Source: an uncultured Spirochaetota bacterium (GTDB lineage: Bacteria > Spirochaetota > B62-G9 > DRHN01). From it: 64,000 nucleotides of DNA. Below, piece by piece: positions 59,344-64,000 of the stretch; the first letter of the stretch is position 1; the number at the start of each line of letters is the position of its first letter. The position numbers were made by a program, and so were the translations under genes. The notes under the pieces were generated by a model. That model was not told the origin of the DNA. It saw only the letters and a program-made list of their open reading frames with translations, and searched no databases. The DNA is taken from positions 183,745 to 247,744 of the forward strand of contig CAZFTJ010000003.1 in assembly GCA_964521865.1 (NCBI GenBank), in the 5' to 3' direction.

Positions 59344-59372
59344 TTGTCAAAGAGCCTGGTGTTTGTTACTAT
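59344..59372 (+). promoter_or_regulatory. Candidate sigma70-type promoter for leuC
   Basis: TTGTCA (59344-59349), 17-nt spacer, TACTAT (59367-59372); about 40 nt upstream of the leuC ATG. Confidence 0.35.
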
Positions 59373-59414
59373 AGTTTTACCATACCGACCCACCCGAATC
59401 TGGAGGATGCTTCA

Positions 59415-60689
59415 ATGACGGTTACCGAGAAAATACTCGCTGTTCATGCCGGCCTCGAAGAGGTGAAACCGGGCCAGCTTGTGGAGGCTCGATGCGACAT
59501 GATGCTGGCAAACGATATCACGGCTCCGATTGCTATACAGCAGTTTTACAAGCTCGGCATCGACCGGGTCTATGACAGCGAGCGTATAGCTCTTGTACCC
59601 GATCATTTCACTCCGAACAGGGATATAAAATCTGCGCAGCAGGCACTGTACGTGCGGGAATTCGCCCGAAAGATGAATCTTTTAAATTACTTTGAAGTCG
59701 GCGAGATGGGTATCGAGCACGCCCTTTTGCCTGAAAAAGGGCTTGTTCTACCAGGCGATCTCGTTATCGGCGCTGATTCACATACATGTACCTACGGGGC
59801 GCTCGGCGCCTTTTCAACAGGCGTTGGGAGCACCGACCTTGCATGTGGAATGGCAACGGGCAGAGCATGGTTCAAAGTTCCCGAATCGCTGAAGTTTATC
59901 GTAAGAGGCAGACTCAGAAAATGGGTGAGCGGCAAGGATCTGATTTTGCGTATAATCGGCGATGTCGGTGTCGACGGGGCTCGATACATGGCAATGGAGT
60001 ATACCGGTGACGGGATAAAAAACCTGTCCATGGACAGCCGTTTCACCATTGCCAATATGGCGATAGAGGCCGGTGCGAAAAACGGGATATTCCCGGTTGA
60101 TGAGCTCACGCTCAGCTATGTCGAAAAGAGCATGAAAGAGGGAAGGAGAAAAGACTCCTATACGATATACAGCAGCGACCCCGATGCCCAATATAAACAG
60201 GTTTATGAATATACACTCGACGATCTCCAACCCCAGGTCGCATTCCCGCATCTTCCCGAAAACACAAAAAACATCTCGGAGGTCGGTGATATCCCTGTCG
60301 ACCAGGTCGTGATCGGGTCGTGTACGAACGGACGGCTGGAAGATCTAGAAATTGCTGCGAAAATACTCGGCGGGAAAAAGGTACATAAAGGTGTGCGGAC
60401 GCTGGTCTTTCCCGCAACCCAGAAAATCTACCTCGAAGCGCTGAAGAAGGGGTATATCGAAGTACTCGTCGAAGCCGGTGCCGCCGTATCGACCCCCACG
60501 TGCGGGCCGTGTCTCGGAGGGCACATGGGAATACTCGCACAGGGAGAGCGGGCAATATCGACGACGAACCGCAATTTCGTCGGCCGAATGGGACACACGA
60601 AAAGCGAGGTGTACCTTGCATCGCCGGCAGTTGCCGCTGCATCTGCCGTTGCGGGCAGGATAATATCTCCCGCAGAAGTTGCGGGCTAG
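59415..60689 (+). CDS. leuC: 3-isopropylmalate dehydratase large subunit (short archaeal/LeuC2-type)
   Basis: Start at ATG 59415 ([13 protein letters not shown]) preceded by GGAGG; aconitase-family cluster-ligand region (GSCTNGR...CGPCLG); followed by leuD and leuB. Confidence 0.88.
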   Translation: MTVTEKILAVHAGLEEVKPGQLVEARCDMMLANDITAPIAIQQFYKLGIDRVYDSERIALVPDHFTPNRDIKSAQQALYVREFARKMNLLNYFEVGEMGIEHALLPEKGLVLPGDLVIGADSHTCTYGALGAFSTGVGSTDLACGMATGRAWFKVPESLKFIVRGRLRKWVSGKDLILRIIGDVGVDGARYMAMEYTGDGIKNLSMDSRFTIANMAIEAGAKNGIFPVDELTLSYVEKSMKEGRRKDSYTIYSSDPDAQYKQVYEYTLDDLQPQVAFPHLPENTKNISEVGDIPVDQVVIGSCTNGRLEDLEIAAKILGGKKVHKGVRTLVFPATQKIYLEALKKGYIEVLVEAGAAVSTPTCGPCLGGHMGILAQGERAISTTNRNFVGRMGHTKSEVYLASPAVAAASAVAGRIISPAEVAG

Positions 60690-60699
60690 GGAGACGTAT

Positions 60700-61218
60700 A
60701 TGGCAGGGAAAAAACCATTTGTGTTGAGGGGAAGAGCACTTACCTTAGGCGACAACATCGATACCGATGTCATAATTCCCGCGCGGTATCTGGATACTCT
60801 CGATCCCGATGAGCTCGCCTCCCACTGTATGGAAGACACCGACATCGGGTTTGCAAAGAGAGTAAAAAGCGGCGATATTCTGGTCGCTGGAGAAAACTTC
60901 GGCTGCGGTTCCTCCCGGGAGCATGCTCCTATTGCCATCAAAGCGAGCGGTATATCCTGCGTCATCGCCGCCTCTTTTGCCAGAATATTTTATAGAAATG
61001 CAATCAACATCGGTCTGCCGATCATGGAATCAAAAGAAGCGCCGGCCGGTATCAAAGACGGAGACGTTGTGGAGGCGGACCTTGAGAATGGAAAAATAGT
61101 TGACACTACAACCGGGAAGACGTACACATCCGAACCCTTTCCCCTGTTCATGCAGAACATAATCAACGCCGGAGGCCTCATTCAGAGCGTAAAAAGGAAG
61201 CTCGCAAAGGATACGTGA
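60700..61218 (+). CDS. leuD: 3-isopropylmalate dehydratase small subunit
   Basis: About 170 aa aconitase swivel domain ([28 protein letters not shown]). Start at ATG 60700. Confidence 0.87.
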   Translation: MAGKKPFVLRGRALTLGDNIDTDVIIPARYLDTLDPDELASHCMEDTDIGFAKRVKSGDILVAGENFGCGSSREHAPIAIKASGISCVIAASFARIFYRNAINIGLPIMESKEAPAGIKDGDVVEADLENGKIVDTTTGKTYTSEPFPLFMQNIINAGGLIQSVKRKLAKDT

Positions 61219-61245
61219 AGTATAACTTCGGGAGGAAAAAGATTT

Positions 61246-62298
61246 ATGTACAGAATTGCTGTAATACCGGGTGATGGGACAGGTCCGGAAGTTGTGCGCG
61301 AGGGATTGAAGGTCCTCGAAAAAATCGGAAAGCTGTTTTCGATCGACTTCAATATCAGGGTGTTTGATTTCGGCGGAGAACGGTACCTGAAAACCGGACA
61401 CGTGCTCGACGATGAAGATGTTACTGAGCTTCGTGAATTTGATGCAATATATCTCGGTGCGATCGGGCATCAGGATGTAAAACCGGGAATACTAGAAAAG
61501 GGGATACTCCTGAAGCTGCGGTTCGACCTCGATCAATACATCAATCTGCGCCCCGTAAAGCTCTATCCAAATGTCGAAACCCCGCTTGCCGACAAGAAGC
61601 CCGAAGATATAGATTTTGTCGTCGTGCGGGAGAATACAGAAGGCCTGTACGCCGGTATCGGGGGATTTCTGAAAAAGGGCACAAAGGACGAAGTTGCCAT
61701 TCAGGAGATGATAAATACCAGAAAGGGCGTCGAACGGTGTGTGCGCTTCGCCTTTGAGTATACGAGAAAGAGAAACAGGGAAAAGAAACTGACGCTCTGC
61801 GCCAAAACGAACGTGCTCACCTATGCGCACGACCTCTGGGACAGGGTGTTTCGCGAGGTCGCAGAGGAATACCCGGATATACAGTCCGACTACGCGCATG
61901 TGGATGCAATTACCATGTGGATGGTAAAGAATCCGGAATGGTTCGACGTCATCGTCACCACGAACATGTTCGGCGACATCATCACCGACCTCGGCGCAAT
62001 GATTCAGGGCGGAATGGGAATTGCAGCGGGTGGGAACATCAATCCCGGGGGAGTCTCCATGTTCGAACCCATAGGCGGCTCGGCGCCCAAGTATACCGGA
62101 AAAAATATGATAAACCCCGTTGCCGCCATATCGGCTGTTCAGATGATGCTGGAGCTTTTCGGCGAACAGAAGGCGGCAGCCGCCCTGGAAACCGCGCTTG
62201 TTGCCATACTGGGAAGGATGAAAAGCATGGCGGCGGGAAAGATGGGATACACCACGTCTGAAATCGGCGATCTCATTACCGAAGGAATTATAAAATAG
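61246..62298 (+). CDS. leuB: 3-isopropylmalate dehydrogenase (isocitrate/isopropylmalate dehydrogenase family)
   Basis: 350 aa; N-terminal [13 protein letters not shown] and the metal/substrate region [12 protein letters not shown]; context with leuC and leuD. Confidence 0.85.
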   Translation: MYRIAVIPGDGTGPEVVREGLKVLEKIGKLFSIDFNIRVFDFGGERYLKTGHVLDDEDVTELREFDAIYLGAIGHQDVKPGILEKGILLKLRFDLDQYINLRPVKLYPNVETPLADKKPEDIDFVVVRENTEGLYAGIGGFLKKGTKDEVAIQEMINTRKGVERCVRFAFEYTRKRNREKKLTLCAKTNVLTYAHDLWDRVFREVAEEYPDIQSDYAHVDAITMWMVKNPEWFDVIVTTNMFGDIITDLGAMIQGGMGIAAGGNINPGGVSMFEPIGGSAPKYTGKNMINPVAAISAVQMMLELFGEQKAAAALETALVAILGRMKSMAAGKMGYTTSEIGDLITEGIIK

Positions 62299-62382
62299 GC
62301 ATGTCGATTTTCAATCGTAAAAGATTCAAACAAATAGGGCTCGCGGAAGGGCGATCGTCCGCTGCAGCCGCACGACGAGCCC

Positions 62383-62403
62383 CATTCAGCCGGCCGCAGG
62401 TCG
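62383..62403. repeat. Copy of the short recurring motif CATTCAgccGGCCGCAGGTCG (leuB downstream region)
   Basis: 17-nt exact match to 63935-63951; related to 35559-35580. Confidence 0.35.
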
Positions 62404-62409
62404 AAAGAA

Positions 62410-62436
62410 CCGGCTTTCTCCGGCATGGAAAGCCGG
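62410..62436 (+). other. Perfect 9-bp stem-loop CCGGCTTTC-tccggcatg-GAAAGCCGG without a following U-run
   Basis: Seen directly, between leuB and the next small gene. Confidence 0.35.
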
Positions 62437-62479
62437 TATTCCAATGGGTAAAACCATAGGCAGAGGAAGGAGAAAAACC

Positions 62480-62770
62480 ATGAAAGATATACTTCAAGGC
62501 CTTTATCGTGCCGGTAAGGGGCTGATAACACTCAAAAGGGAGGATGTCGAGAAAATCTTCAATGAGCTGAAGAAGCGGGGAGAACTGAGTGAGGAGGACA
62601 AGGAAGATTTCATCGAGAAAACACTCGAACGGCTCGAAGACACCGGCAAGAAGGTATCGGAAAAGATAAAAAAGACGCTGACGCCCGGTATGGAAAAGCT
62701 TGACCGGCTCAATGGAAAGATAGACCAGCTTATCAAAGAGGTCGAGCTTCTCAAAAAAAAGAAGCAGTAA
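62480..62770 (+). CDS. Small coiled-coil protein, phasin-like
   Basis: 96 aa from ATG 62480 (preceded by GGAAGGAG); amphipathic helical sequence with a pattern reminiscent of PHA-granule phasin-family proteins (GLYRAGKGLITLKREDVEKIFNELKKRGELS). Weak assignment. Confidence 0.4.
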   Translation: MKDILQGLYRAGKGLITLKREDVEKIFNELKKRGELSEEDKEDFIEKTLERLEDTGKKVSEKIKKTLTPGMEKLDRLNGKIDQLIKEVELLKKKKQ

Positions 62771-62850
62771 TCGGTTGGTATGAACCGGTCATCACTTATT
62801 GTCAACGATAGTCGAGCATCGGAAAAAAAGCGGCAGTAATCGGAATGCGC

Positions 62851-63819
62851 TCAATCCACCCGTTCCTGCCAGAGGATTTCTCTCTCCAGCCCGAGGCGTT
62901 TGAATGTTACCCTCTGATAGAAGATGGCAGCTGCCATCATACCGTTTGTGTACAGGATCAGTACCGGAAAAATAATCCCCAGCCTGCCCGCAAAGCCGCA
63001 CACAACAAAGATTGTGAGGTGAATGGTGTCGCCGATCATCGACCACAGCTTCACGGAAAATCGCATTTCCCTGTAGTAAAGCTCACGCGTCGCGTTATCG
63101 ATCCTGTCCGGATCCGGAAAGAGATTGTAGAAATTTCCCACCGATGACGGATAGCCGATCGAAACCACCACATTCTCAAGACGGTAAAAAAGATAGTAAA
63201 GGGCCGCAGGCAGCCTCTTCAGCCGGCCTATGTTTTCATCATCCAACTTCAGTCGTTTTCGCATCTGTTCGAGCGTCTCCACCCTGTCTACATACCCCGG
63301 TTTGGCGATGTTGATGAAAACATTCTTGAAATGATCGTACAGAATGATATGAAGGTACATCGAAAGCTGGGAAATCACCGCAAGGACAAAGGGAAAATAG
63401 CTTCCGGTATCCCTTAAAAGCGCAAATGCGACGCCGTAGAATATGGAAAAGTGCGTAGCCGTATCGGCCAGGGCGTCGAGTGTCTTGCCGAAGGGAGAGC
63501 TCTTTCCGGATATCCGGGCAAGCTGACCGTCTGCGCAGTCGAATACTATCATGAGCTCGAGTAAAACCGCGCCGTACAGCATGAACGGAAATCTGCCCCT
63601 GGAAAAAAAGTATCCGGCGACAACGCCGAACACCATCGAGAAAAGTGTCACGAAGTTCGGACTTCTGTTGGTTACGTGAAAAAATTTCGCAACCACAAAC
63701 GCTGCTGGCCTGTTGAGGAACTGATTGATAGGTTCCTCCGTCTCCTGCGGTTTGAGCGTCGATTTATACTCAGTAAAAAGATTCCGTAAGAACCGGCCCT
63801 CTTTTTTAATTGCAATCAA
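62851..63819 (-). CDS. CDP-alcohol phosphatidyltransferase family protein
   Basis: Contains the family motif D-x2-DG-x2-AR-x8-G-x3-D-x3-D (FDCADGQLARISGKSSPFGKTLDALADT) within a multi-pass membrane protein. Confidence 0.72.
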   Translation of the reverse strand: MIAIKKEGRFLRNLFTEYKSTLKPQETEEPINQFLNRPAAFVVAKFFHVTNRSPNFVTLFSMVFGVVAGYFFSRGRFPFMLYGAVLLELMIVFDCADGQLARISGKSSPFGKTLDALADTATHFSIFYGVAFALLRDTGSYFPFVLAVISQLSMYLHIILYDHFKNVFINIAKPGYVDRVETLEQMRKRLKLDDENIGRLKRLPAALYYLFYRLENVVVSIGYPSSVGNFYNLFPDPDRIDNATRELYYREMRFSVKLWSMIGDTIHLTIFVVCGFAGRLGIIFPVLILYTNGMMAAAIFYQRVTFKRLGLEREILWQERVD

Positions 63820-63934
63820 CCCTTTTCATACCAAAATACCAATGAATAATGGGACCCGCGAAACATCGAGCAAAAGACGCCCGTTGTAACGGCAAATCCC
63901 GCCGTCTTTAATCAGACACACAGGTCATACGCCT

Positions 63935-63951
63935 CATTCAGCCGGCCGCAG
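63935..63951. repeat. Copy of the short recurring motif CATTCAgccGGCCGCAG (upstream of the phosphatidyltransferase gene)
   Basis: 17-nt exact match to 62383-62399. Confidence 0.35.
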
Positions 63952-64000
63952 ACCGGCCGAATTACCTTATTAAAAGCTGTTTTGTCCGTTACAATATATA

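Noticed and set aside
62410-62436. Stem-loop after leuB as a rho-independent terminator
   Set aside because: It has a perfect 9-bp stem but no U-run follows, so it was recorded as a structural element only and not as a terminator.

Overview
64 kb bacterial chromosomal segment, densely coding on both strands; I saw no transposases, integrases, rRNA/tRNA genes or CRISPR arrays. The centre of the window is a nickel/hydrogen island: a hypA-B-F-C-D-E maturation operon (minus strand, 7.8-13.7 kb) divergent from a hoxF-U-Y-H-W operon for a soluble NAD-linked [NiFe]-hydrogenase (14.5-19.9 kb), then a five-gene Opp/Dpp/Nik-type ABC importer (20.2-26.0 kb) and, about 10 kb further, nikR. Flanking genes include enolase, folA, a nucleoside-salvage block (BMP-type ABC importer, UPRT-like protein, DJ-1/PfpI), an MMPL/RND exporter, surE, a tandem-ATPase FtsX-type ABC system, pcm, an OmpR-type two-component pair, glyA and leuC-D-B. 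The most unusual observations are: (1) the HoxW maturation protease runs in frame, with no stop codon, into a CheY-like receiver domain; (2) an orphan histidine kinase is fused to a CoA-disulfide-reductase-like flavoprotein plus a rhodanese-like domain, directly downstream of nikR; (3) HypA is short and has no zinc-finger cysteines; (4) short duplicated segments bracket the two-component genes, pointing to a local rearrangement; (5) perfect palindromes sit upstream of hypA and nikR. All calls come from reading the translated ORFs and the DNA by eye; no database search was run.
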